A stretch of DNA of 64,000 nt, from the NCBI GenBank assembly GCA_963580245.1, contig CAUZJO010000002.1, positions 12,499 through 76,498 of the forward strand, in the 5' to 3' direction. A program made the position numbers and the translations under genes. Of the stretch, positions 9,031 through 16,559 are shown piece after piece. The number at the start of each line of letters is the position of its first letter. The first letter of the stretch is position 1. Below the pieces are notes generated by a model. That model saw nothing but the letters and a program-made list of their open reading frames with translations, was not told the origin of the DNA and made no database searches. This stretch comes from Candidatus Sumerlaeia bacterium. Lineage in GTDB: Bacteria; Sumerlaeota; Sumerlaeia; MVZB01.

Positions 9031-9266
9031 GCCTTGTCTCTCCAGTACAGATCACGACAAAGGTCTATTCTCACTTGAGACAAGAGGGCATCCCCGAGTC
9101 TCGGGTCGACCTCTCCATTCTGAAATGTTTGCAGCCACGCCTCATCAACCATCTTGACCTTTGTTGGGTGACCGTTGGTGATCATGTCCCACATAGACTG
9201 AAATGAGAAACAAGGAGAATGGTTCCAATCGATCGTCTCCTTGTTAGGAAGGAAGAGTGCGAAGTG

Positions 9267-9884
9267 TCAAGAATAGGGGCTTGCCCGTCCACCGTTCCAG
9301 CGGAGGAGCAGTCCCCTGCTAATGGTCCCGTTGGTGGGATCGTAGCGCTGAGCCAGAGGGTCGCCGGCAATACCACTATCAAAAAATAAGTTAGGACCAA
9401 CACTCGTCATAACCCATCTTCCCGGTTCCCCGAACCATAAGTGCTTGCCGTCCTCGCCACCGATCGGATCGCCCCAATAAACGAACGATATCTGTAGCCC
9501 TCCCCAATAAGGACCGCTCTTGGGATCTATCTGTTGACTGTTAAACCAATCAAAGGGGATTTCGGTCATATAAGCAATGGGCTTGAGGAGCCGATCGCCG
9601 GCGTGATTGGATTGCCCTTGCACCCGTAGGGTATCATTCGCATACGATCCATCCTCCAGGGTCCAGGTAATCGGATGCTTTGCCATCGGTATCTGATTGT
9701 TGTCGGCGGTATATGCTTCGATGGCAAGAGCAACGGCCCTCATATCAGTCGTCGACCGGACGATCCTGGCTCGCGTTTGGGCCTCGAGGAAGTTAGGGAC
9801 GGCGATCGCCGCCAGGACCGCAATGATGGCAACCACGATGAGAAGCTCAATTAATGTAAATGCTCGTTGGTTTTTGAGTTTCAT
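9267..9884 (-). CDS. Prepilin-type N-terminal cleavage/methylation domain protein (GspG-like pseudopilin)
   Basis: MKLKNQRAFTLIELLIVVAIIAVLAAIAVPNFLEAQTRAR is a canonical class III signal plus hydrophobic helix. GGAGG lies 11 nt upstream of ATG 9884. The longer ORF extending to 10169 is treated as a spurious extension. Confidence 0.85.
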   Translation of the reverse strand: MKLKNQRAFTLIELLIVVAIIAVLAAIAVPNFLEAQTRARIVRSTTDMRAVALAIEAYTADNNQIPMAKHPITWTLEDGSYANDTLRVQGQSNHAGDRLLKPIAYMTEIPFDWFNSQQIDPKSGPYWGGLQISFVYWGDPIGGEDGKHLWFGEPGRWVMTSVGPNLFFDSGIAGDPLAQRYDPTNGTISRGLLLRWNGGRASPYS

Positions 9885-10437
9885 GATTTGATATGCCTCC
9901 CGATGATGGATTAAACCACGAAATGAGTAACCAGGCATCCTGCCTGCCATGATTCCAAGATTGACGCTGCCGTCTTCTTTTGCAACCCCAAACGAATCGT
10001 TGCCATACCCGGATAGATATTGAGCCGTCCCGGGGAAAATTACCAGTTTAGAGTAGGGCGCCGTCCTGGGATTTGTCCAGGGGAACCGCATGGCCTCTGG
10101 GGGATTGCTCCCACCCCGGCTAGCCGCGGGTAGCCAAGAAGTTATTATGCTGCACGCCTCCATGCTCATGGCCCTCTTCTTTCAGAGCGGATGACCTGCA
10201 ATTATAGTTTTTTGTTTCTCGGCTTATTTCAGGACGGGACAGTAGGAAGAATCGTTGAAACAATTGAGGTTGGATCGAGATTGGGGCACGTCATTTGGGG
10301 GAGATATCCATTATGAAAACTGTCGGAGAGGTCCAGGGGTATGGGCAAAACTGGCCCATATCAGCCAGTCGCGCCCCGTGGCATATTCAATAAAAGGTGG
10401 CCGCGGGGGGATTTTGTCGATTGAACTCGCATTCTTC

Positions 10438-10466
10438 TTGACGCCTCCCACCTCTCGGTAATAATG
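10438..10466 (+). promoter_or_regulatory. Putative sigma70-like promoter for the downstream pseudopilin gene
   Basis: TTGACG (10438..10443), a 17-nt spacer, then ATAATG (10461..10466), about 50 nt upstream of ATG 10519 in an AT-rich spacer. Pattern match only. Confidence 0.3.
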
Positions 10467-10518
10467 TCATTGGGTCATTCGGTCACACAACTGGCCTAAA
10501 TATGGGGGGGCATGATCA

Positions 10519-11163
10519 ATGCGAAGAACCGCTGGTTTTACGTTAATCGAGTTGTTGATAGTCGTGGCAATCATTGCGATCCTGGCCGCGATCGCCGTTC
10601 CTAACTTCCTCGAGGCGCAAATGCGAGCCAAGGTCACTCGAACGGTAACGGATATGAGGACTATCGGCATTGCCATTGAGATCTATACGCTAGACTATAA
10701 CCAGATACCGATAGCGCCTGGCGGGACCTTTGTCCTGCCGGATTTGTCGTATGCGAATGATACCCTCCGGGTGGAAAACGACATCCGGCAGCATAACGGC
10801 AATCTGCTCAGCACGCCGATTGCTTATCTGACACAAGTCCCTTACGATGATTTTAATAGTAATCAGATTCCTTCCAGTGGCGCCTATTGGGGCGGCAAGC
10901 GGATCTCGTTCATATTTTGGGGTGATCCGATCGGCGGTGAAGAATGGGAATTTCTTCCTGGGGAGTCTGAGGCTGAATATCCCGTGGGCCGTCATCCGAC
11001 CCAAAGGGAGCGCTGGAAAATGGAGAGTTGCGGCCCTGATCGCCAGTGGCACAATAAAGGCACTCTTCGATTAACCGCCTATCTTTATGACCCCACCAAT
11101 GGGGCGGTCAGTGGGGGACAACTGGTCTATTGGGATGGTGGACGCGTTAACCCGACTCGTTAG
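10519..11163 (+). CDS. Prepilin-type N-terminal cleavage/methylation domain protein (GspG-like pseudopilin), paralogue of 9267..9884
   Basis: MRRTAGFTLIELLIVVAIIAILAAIAVPNFLEAQMRAK. It shares later motifs with the divergent paralogue: LSYANDTLRV, IAYLTQVPYDDFNS and YDPTNGAVSGG. Confidence 0.9.
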   Translation: MRRTAGFTLIELLIVVAIIAILAAIAVPNFLEAQMRAKVTRTVTDMRTIGIAIEIYTLDYNQIPIAPGGTFVLPDLSYANDTLRVENDIRQHNGNLLSTPIAYLTQVPYDDFNSNQIPSSGAYWGGKRISFIFWGDPIGGEEWEFLPGESEAEYPVGRHPTQRERWKMESCGPDRQWHNKGTLRLTAYLYDPTNGAVSGGQLVYWDGGRVNPTR

Positions 11164-11216
11164 GTTACTTGCGGGTATATCGTTATTGTCGTGCGTCGGT
11201 ATCCACGAGGGGGCCG

Positions 11217-12476
11217 TTAAGCCGACTCGCGACGTTCGGTTTCGATAAAGACGGGTTCCTTTTCGCCGCGGATGACGGCGGCGTCGATGTGGCATTCGGA
11301 GAATTTTTCTGATTTCTCGGGCAGGTGGAACATGATGTCGAGCATGATTTCTTCGAGGATCGCGCGCAGGCCACGGGCACCGGTCTTCATCTTGAGGGCC
11401 CGGGTGGCGACCTCGTGCAGGGCCTCGTCGCTCAGATGCAGGTCAACCGAATCGATCTCGAACAGTTTCTGATACTGCTTGACGATCGAGTTGCGCGGGG
11501 TGGTCAGGATTTGGATCAGTTCGGGCTCGTCGAGTTGGTCGAGCGTGGCGACGATCGGGAAGCGGCCGAGGAATTCGGGGATCATCCCGTACTTGAGCAG
11601 GTCGTAGTAATTGACTTGCTCGAGCATCTCGCCGATGCGGTAGTCCGAGTTGCTCTTGATGTCGGCGCCGAAGCCCATCACGCGCTGGCGCACGCGTTGC
11701 TCGATGATCTTCTCCAGCCCGCTGAACGCCCCGCCGCAGATGAACAGGATGTTGCGCGTGTCGAACTGGATATATTCTTGGTGCGGGTGCTTGCGGCCGC
11801 CGGTGGGCGGGACGTTGGCGACCGTCCCCTCCAGGATCTTGAGCAGGGCCTGCTGGACGCCCTCGCCCGAGACGTCGCGGGTGATTGAGACGTTCTGGGT
11901 CGTGCGGGCGATCTTGTCGATCTCGTCGATATAAATGATGCCGCGCTCGGCCTTGTCCTTGTCGCCGCCGGCGTTCTGCAACAGGCGCAACAGGATATTT
12001 TCGACGTCCTCGCCGACGTATCCGGCCTGAGTCAGCGTGGTGGCGTCGGCGATGGCGAACGGGACTTCCAGGACGCGGGCCATGGTCTGGGCGATGAGCG
12101 TCTTGCCCGAGCCTGTGGGCCCGAGCAGCAGGATGTTGCTCTTCTCCAGCTCGAGGTCATCGGAGCCGATGTTGTGCATCAGGCGCTTATAATGGTTATA
12201 GACTGCGACCGAGACGGTTTTTTTTGTTTTGTCCTGACTGATGACGTACTGGTCGATGGTGCTCTTGATCTCGGAGGGCGTGGGGACGTTCTTGAGGGTG
12301 TCGAACGTCGTTTCCTCGGCTTGGAGGAGCTGGTCACGGTGCAGCCGTTCGTGACATTGTTGCACGCACTCGTCGCAGATGTAGACGGTCAGCATGCTTT
12401 CCTTCTGAGTCAGGCCCTTGAACAGGGTCCGGACCGAGTGCTGATCCTTGCCGCAAAACGAACAGCGAAGTTTCAT
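11217..12476 (-). CDS. clpX: ATP-dependent Clp protease ATP-binding subunit ClpX
   Basis: Zinc-finger N-terminus [19 protein letters not shown], Walker [15 protein letters not shown], then IYIDEIDKI. The ORF is open to 12512; I prefer ATG 12476. Confidence 0.95.
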   Translation of the reverse strand: MKLRCSFCGKDQHSVRTLFKGLTQKESMLTVYICDECVQQCHERLHRDQLLQAEETTFDTLKNVPTPSEIKSTIDQYVISQDKTKKTVSVAVYNHYKRLMHNIGSDDLELEKSNILLLGPTGSGKTLIAQTMARVLEVPFAIADATTLTQAGYVGEDVENILLRLLQNAGGDKDKAERGIIYIDEIDKIARTTQNVSITRDVSGEGVQQALLKILEGTVANVPPTGGRKHPHQEYIQFDTRNILFICGGAFSGLEKIIEQRVRQRVMGFGADIKSNSDYRIGEMLEQVNYYDLLKYGMIPEFLGRFPIVATLDQLDEPELIQILTTPRNSIVKQYQKLFEIDSVDLHLSDEALHEVATRALKMKTGARGLRAILEEIMLDIMFHLPEKSEKFSECHIDAAVIRGEKEPVFIETERRESA

Positions 12477-12683
12477 TGCATGCCACCACTCTAACGCGTC
12501 CATCACCTGCATGTACCACCACTGACGCCGGGGCTGACCGTGCGGGGTGGGGTACCCCGAGCACGGGTCTGCCCGGCCCGTGGACCGCTCTCCAGGCCCC
12601 TGTGGGCGACGATGATCGACCCTTATACCCCGTATTGGCCTTGGAGGGCAAGTTTTTTCTGGGGGGAGGCACCCAGCGGGAGA

Positions 12684-13117
12684 TCAGGGCTTGGCGTTGA
12701 GTCCTTTCTGAATATTGGCGGGGGTGTTGCGCGCCACGAGGCTGGCCAGAGTGGTGCCGCGCCACCAACTCAGCACGCGCTCTTGGAGTCGGCTCCACTC
12801 CTTGTGAGCGGGGCAGTCGTCGCGACCCTCGGCGCAGCCGGGCAACCCCAACGGGCACTCTTCGAACGGCGTCGCTTCATCGAAAACCTTGACGATTTCA
12901 TACAAGGTGATATCGGAAGGCGGGCGGGCCAGCTTGAGGCCCCCACCGGGACCCCGACATAGCCCGCTTCGGCCAGCTGTATCACGATCCGTGCCAGGTA
13001 GGGCTGGGGGGTGCCGATGTGGTCGGCCAAATCCTTGACGGGCACTCGGTCTTGCTGCACGGCGAGCCAGGTGAGGGCTCGGAGGGCATGTTGCGCGGTG
13101 CGAGAGATGAGACCCAT
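12684..13117 (-). pseudogene. Rrf2 family transcriptional regulator, frameshifted
   Basis: The N-terminal HTH (MGLISRTAQHALRALTWLAVQQDRVPVKDLADHIGTPQPYLARIVIQLAEAGYV) is in one frame. The continuation (RGPGGGLKLARPPSDITLYEIVKVFDE...CPLGLPGC...C) is in another. The join is at about 12950..12960, where the usual three residues between GYV and RG are missing. Confidence 0.8.
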
Positions 13118-13468
13118 GATACTTGCTCCTGAAACATCCAGCAAAGAATATGAGGGACCCTATTAACGGATCGATCTCGCCCGATTCTTATACCTCCCGA
13201 CTTGGCCGGGCCATGTGGCTGACGCCGACGCGACGTTCCTCAAAACTAACTAGGATTGTCCCACCCGGTTTTGCTCCTGTCAAATTTAATTCGATCCAGA
13301 TTGATTCCCCTCGGGGGGATGAAAGGGCTCAACGTCTGGATTGACTCTCGGTGTCGATCGGGGGTAAATGATGGGACCATTGCGCGGTTGAGGCTTTGAC
13401 CGGACGCGGCTCAAGTCCGAGCCGAGGCAGTTTCCATTGAGCCCCAGGGGCGAGGAGGACCGGCGATC

Positions 13469-15469
13469 GTGCCCGTCGCTGACCGAGCTATCCTACAAAA
13501 AGTCGCCGATACGGTGCGCGTCTTGTCGGCCGAGGCCGTCGAGAAGGCCGCGTCGGGCCATCCGGGCCTGCCCATGGGGTGCGCCGAGCTGGGAACCTAT
13601 CTTTTCGCCCGGCAACTGCGTCACAACCCCGCCAATCCGCGGTGGATGGGACGCGACCGGTTCGTCCTGTCCGCCGGCCACGGCTCGATGTTGCTTTATT
13701 CCCTGCTGCACCTGTCGGGCTACGACCTGAGCCTCGATCAGCTCAAGAACTTCCGCCAGCTCCATTCGCAGACGCCCGGTCATCCTGAATACGGCGAGGC
13801 CCCCGGCGTGGAAACGACCACCGGCCCGCTGGGACAGGGCGTGGCGTGCGGCGTGGGGATGGCCATCGCGCAGAAATGGCTGCGGGCGCGCTTTGGGGAG
13901 GAGCTGTTTAACGCCAAGATCTGGGTGTTGGTCGGCGACGGGTGCATGATGGAGGGGGTCGGCGCCGAGGCCGGCAGCTTGGCGGGGCACCTGCGGCTCG
14001 AAAACTTCGTCCTCATCTACGACTCCAACGACGTTTGCCTGGACGGTCCCCTCGGTGAGTGCCTGAGTGAGGATACGGCCAAACGATTCGAGGCATATGG
14101 GTTCCGGGTCCTGAAGATCGATGGCCATGATTTCGATCAGGTCGCCGACGCCTTCGACCAAGCGCGCGCCGAGTCCCAGCGACCGACGCTGATCGTGGCC
14201 AAGACGACCATCGGCAAAGGGGCGCCTCACAAGCAAGGGACCAGCGCCTGTCACGGGTCGAAACTCGGCGCGGACGAACTCGCCGCTTTCAAGCAGAGCC
14301 TCGGATGGACTGACGAGTCGTTTTATATCCCCGCTGAGGTCAAGGACTACTTTAAGGGCCTGCGGCCACGGTTTGAGCAGTATGAGGCGGCGTGGAACGA
14401 CGACGTGGCGGCGATGAAACGGGCCGATCCCGAGAAGGCCCGCCTCTGGGACGTCTATACCCACAAGGCACTACCCGAGGACTTCGACGAGCAGGTCTGG
14501 CGCGCGGACGCGCCCGCCGACAAGGCGACCCGCGCCCAGAGCCAGCGAATTCTCCAGAGCGTTGCCGAACTCGCGCCGTTCCTTGTGGGCGGCTCGGCGG
14601 ACTTATCGGTCTCCGACCTGACCGCGATCAAGGGTAGCGGCATCATCGGCCCCTACGACTGGGCGCAACGCAACATCAAGTTTGGCGTGCGCGAGTTTTG
14701 CATGGCGGCGGCCTGTTACGGCATGTCGCTGCATGGGATGGTCCAGCCGCTGTGCGGGACGTTCCTGACGTTCTCCGACTACATGCGCAACGCGATCCGT
14801 CTCTGCTCGATCATGCGGCGGCGCGTCTTTTTCCAGTTCACGCACGACTCGATCTTCCTGGGCGAAGACGGGCCGACCCATCAGCCGATCGAACACCTGG
14901 CGGCCTTGCGGGCCATCCCCAACCTGACGGTGATTCGCCCGTGCGACGAGCACGAACTGAAAGCCATGTGGATCCAGGCGTTCAAGATCGACGGACCGGT
15001 GGCATTTATTCTGACGCGCCAGGGCGTCAAGAGTCAGGGAGAGTTGACGCGGAGCAAGGCCCGGGAGGGACTCGCGCGGGGGGGATACGTGCTTTACGGC
15101 GAACCGGGAGGGGCTTGCGATGGTTTGCTCATCGCGACCGGCTCCGAGATCGGCCTCGCCATGGACGCGGCTCGGCTGCTGGAGCGGGAAGGCAAGACCG
15201 TGCGGGTCGTCTCGATGCCCAGTTGCGAACTGTTCGACGCCCAGGAGGAGTCTTATAGGGATTCGGTGCTGGGGGGCGAAGTCGGGTTGAGGGTCAGCAT
15301 CGAAGCGGGCGCGGAGACCGGCTGGCACAAGTACGTTGGCCGCGACGGACTGGTCATCGGCCTGACAACCTACGGTGCTTCCGCCCCGGGTCAGGCCGTT
15401 CGCGAACACTTCGGTTTCACTCCCGAGAAGATCGTCGAACGTATCGAATCCGCGCTTGCGAGCCGCTAA
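13469..15469 (+). CDS. tkt: Transketolase
   Basis: 666-aa ORF with the TPP-binding N-terminus SGHPGLPMGCAELGTYLF, plus GDGCMMEGV and pyrimidine-binding and C-terminal domains. GTG start. Confidence 0.95.
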   Translation: MPVADRAILQKVADTVRVLSAEAVEKAASGHPGLPMGCAELGTYLFARQLRHNPANPRWMGRDRFVLSAGHGSMLLYSLLHLSGYDLSLDQLKNFRQLHSQTPGHPEYGEAPGVETTTGPLGQGVACGVGMAIAQKWLRARFGEELFNAKIWVLVGDGCMMEGVGAEAGSLAGHLRLENFVLIYDSNDVCLDGPLGECLSEDTAKRFEAYGFRVLKIDGHDFDQVADAFDQARAESQRPTLIVAKTTIGKGAPHKQGTSACHGSKLGADELAAFKQSLGWTDESFYIPAEVKDYFKGLRPRFEQYEAAWNDDVAAMKRADPEKARLWDVYTHKALPEDFDEQVWRADAPADKATRAQSQRILQSVAELAPFLVGGSADLSVSDLTAIKGSGIIGPYDWAQRNIKFGVREFCMAAACYGMSLHGMVQPLCGTFLTFSDYMRNAIRLCSIMRRRVFFQFTHDSIFLGEDGPTHQPIEHLAALRAIPNLTVIRPCDEHELKAMWIQAFKIDGPVAFILTRQGVKSQGELTRSKAREGLARGGYVLYGEPGGACDGLLIATGSEIGLAMDAARLLEREGKTVRVVSMPSCELFDAQEESYRDSVLGGEVGLRVSIEAGAETGWHKYVGRDGLVIGLTTYGASAPGQAVREHFGFTPEKIVERIESALASR

Positions 15470-15556
15470 ATCCGCCACCTTCCATGTTGAATACACCCCA
15501 CGTGGGCATCACCAACCACGCCTGAAGCCGTAAGCCGGCCGTGTCACTATAGGACG

Positions 15557-15681
15557 CCCCTAAGAATTCAGTCCCGACAGGGACGATCGCTTTCAGCCCG
15601 CCACGCAAGTGGCGGGAAATCAAACCGATAATGAATTCGAGTCCTATGGAGACGGCTGCAAACCGGATTTTAGAGGGTCCC
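15557..15681 (+). repeat. Family-A multi-hairpin MITE-like repeat, copy 1 (about 125 bp)
   Basis: Near-identical to 40999..41124 and to the reverse complements of 54221..54346 and 62680..62805. Terminal inverted repeat is ccctaagaattc ... gattttagaggg. Internal hairpins include gtccc-gaca-gggac and cccgccac-gcaa-gtggcggg. Confidence 0.8.
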
Positions 15682-15686
15682 TGTAT

Positions 15687-16106
15687 TCAGATCAGATGAT
15701 AGAGGATGAAGTAGATCATCACGCCGGTCACCGCGACGTAAAACCACAACGGCCACAGGATGCGCGTGAGGCGGCGATGGCGATCGAATTGGCGACGGGC
15801 TGCGAAGACGACGGCCGTAATGGCCATCGGCGTCACCACCACGGCCAGGATCACGTGACTGGCCAGAAGCACCAAATAGGCCGTCCGCACCCATCCCAGG
15901 TCGGGGAACGTCGTGTGGCCGACCTTATAGTGATACGTGAGGTACGAGGTCAAAAACAGCGCCGAGAGAACGAGGGCGGCGCTCATCAGCCAGCCATGGG
16001 TGCGGATCCGGCGGGTCTTGATCGCCACCAAGGCCAGAACCAGCACGATGGCCACGGTGGAATTCAGACAAGCGTTCAGTTTGGGGAGTTGGGAAAGTTC
16101 GAGCAT
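15687..16106 (-). CDS. DUF420 family membrane protein (oxidase-cluster associated)
   Basis: LNACLNSTVAIVLVLALVAIKTRRIRTHGWLM...HVILAVVVTPMAITAVVFA... matches the DUF420 four-TM pattern. It is the last gene of the caa3 cluster. Start taken at ATG 16106; the longer ORF to 16151 runs into a repeat. Confidence 0.8.
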   Translation of the reverse strand: MLELSQLPKLNACLNSTVAIVLVLALVAIKTRRIRTHGWLMSAALVLSALFLTSYLTYHYKVGHTTFPDLGWVRTAYLVLLASHVILAVVVTPMAITAVVFAARRQFDRHRRLTRILWPLWFYVAVTGVMIYFILYHLI

Positions 16107-16141
16107 TTGCCGCGAGGTTCTGTCCGGTCCGGGCGACGGGC

Positions 16142-16499
16142 GTCGCGTCACCAGTCAAATGTCGGCGGGTGAGTTCAGACCGCCCTTCGATACACTCGTT
16201 CCCGCGCAGTCCCGTAGAGACGACCGCTTTCAGCCCAGCCATTCATGGCTGGGGAAATGTCGCCGGGATCCGTTGAGTCCCATCGGGACGAATGAACGAT
16301 TCGCGAATTCCCGGTTCATACGCGCAATTCTCAGCCGTCCCTATGGGACTGCTCTGATTCATCCATGAGACCCAGCCCTAAAGGGCTGGGCTGAAAGCGG
16401 TCGTCCCTCCGGGACTCTTTATCCAACAGGCTGGTTGTCGCGTCACCGATCAAATGTCGGCGGGTCAGTTTAGGCCGCCCTTCGATACGTTGGTTCCCG
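16142..16499. repeat. Composite element: palindromic hairpin array (16207..16417) flanked by 63-bp imperfect direct repeats (16142..16204 and 16437..16499)
   Basis: The direct repeats gtcgcgtcaccagtcaaatgtcggcgggtgagttcagaccgcccttcgatacactcgttcccg and gtcgcgtcaccgatcaaatgtcggcgggtcagtttaggccgcccttcgatacgttggttcccg are about 86% identical. The core holds two inverted half-elements related to family A (gtccc-loop-gRgac, gaccgctttcagcccagcc-loop-ggctggg). Confidence 0.75.
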
Positions 16500-16559
16500 G
16501 CAATTCAGGGACTCGGCTCCAGGATTCCCGTCATCCAGCACGTGATGCGTGACATGACA

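Noticed and set aside
9027-9194. 55-aa ORF overlapping the DUF4258 start by TTGA, considered as a third component of the TA-like module.
   Set aside because: I did not call it as a feature. It has no Shine-Dalgarno sequence before either ATG and no recognisable family, and it is below the size where composition is informative. It is mentioned in the DUF4258/DUF2283 finding for follow-up.
9885-10169. N-terminal extensions of several ORFs in the track: 9885..10169 on the pseudopilin, 17886..17987 on ctaB, 23161..23331 on the membrane protein, 52142..52399 on the lipoprotein, 16107..16151 on DUF420 and 31168..31227 on asd.
   Set aside because: The extensions overlap upstream genes or repeats and lack family-typical sequence. 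Internal starts give canonical N-termini (a class III signal peptide, lipoboxes, a Rossmann start), several with good Shine-Dalgarno motifs.
11217-12476. clpX without an adjacent clpP, considered as an unusual arrangement.
   Set aside because: Unlinked clpP and clpX genes are common in many phyla, so nothing in the sequence marks this as special. The only notable neighbour is the frameshifted Rrf2 gene, which is reported separately.
15557-16499. Hairpin-rich repeats considered as a CRISPR array or a tRNA-like cluster.
   Set aside because: There are no regularly spaced identical direct repeats with unique spacers and no cas genes. The copies are dispersed across the window in both orientations with terminal inverted repeats, which is MITE/REP-like rather than CRISPR.
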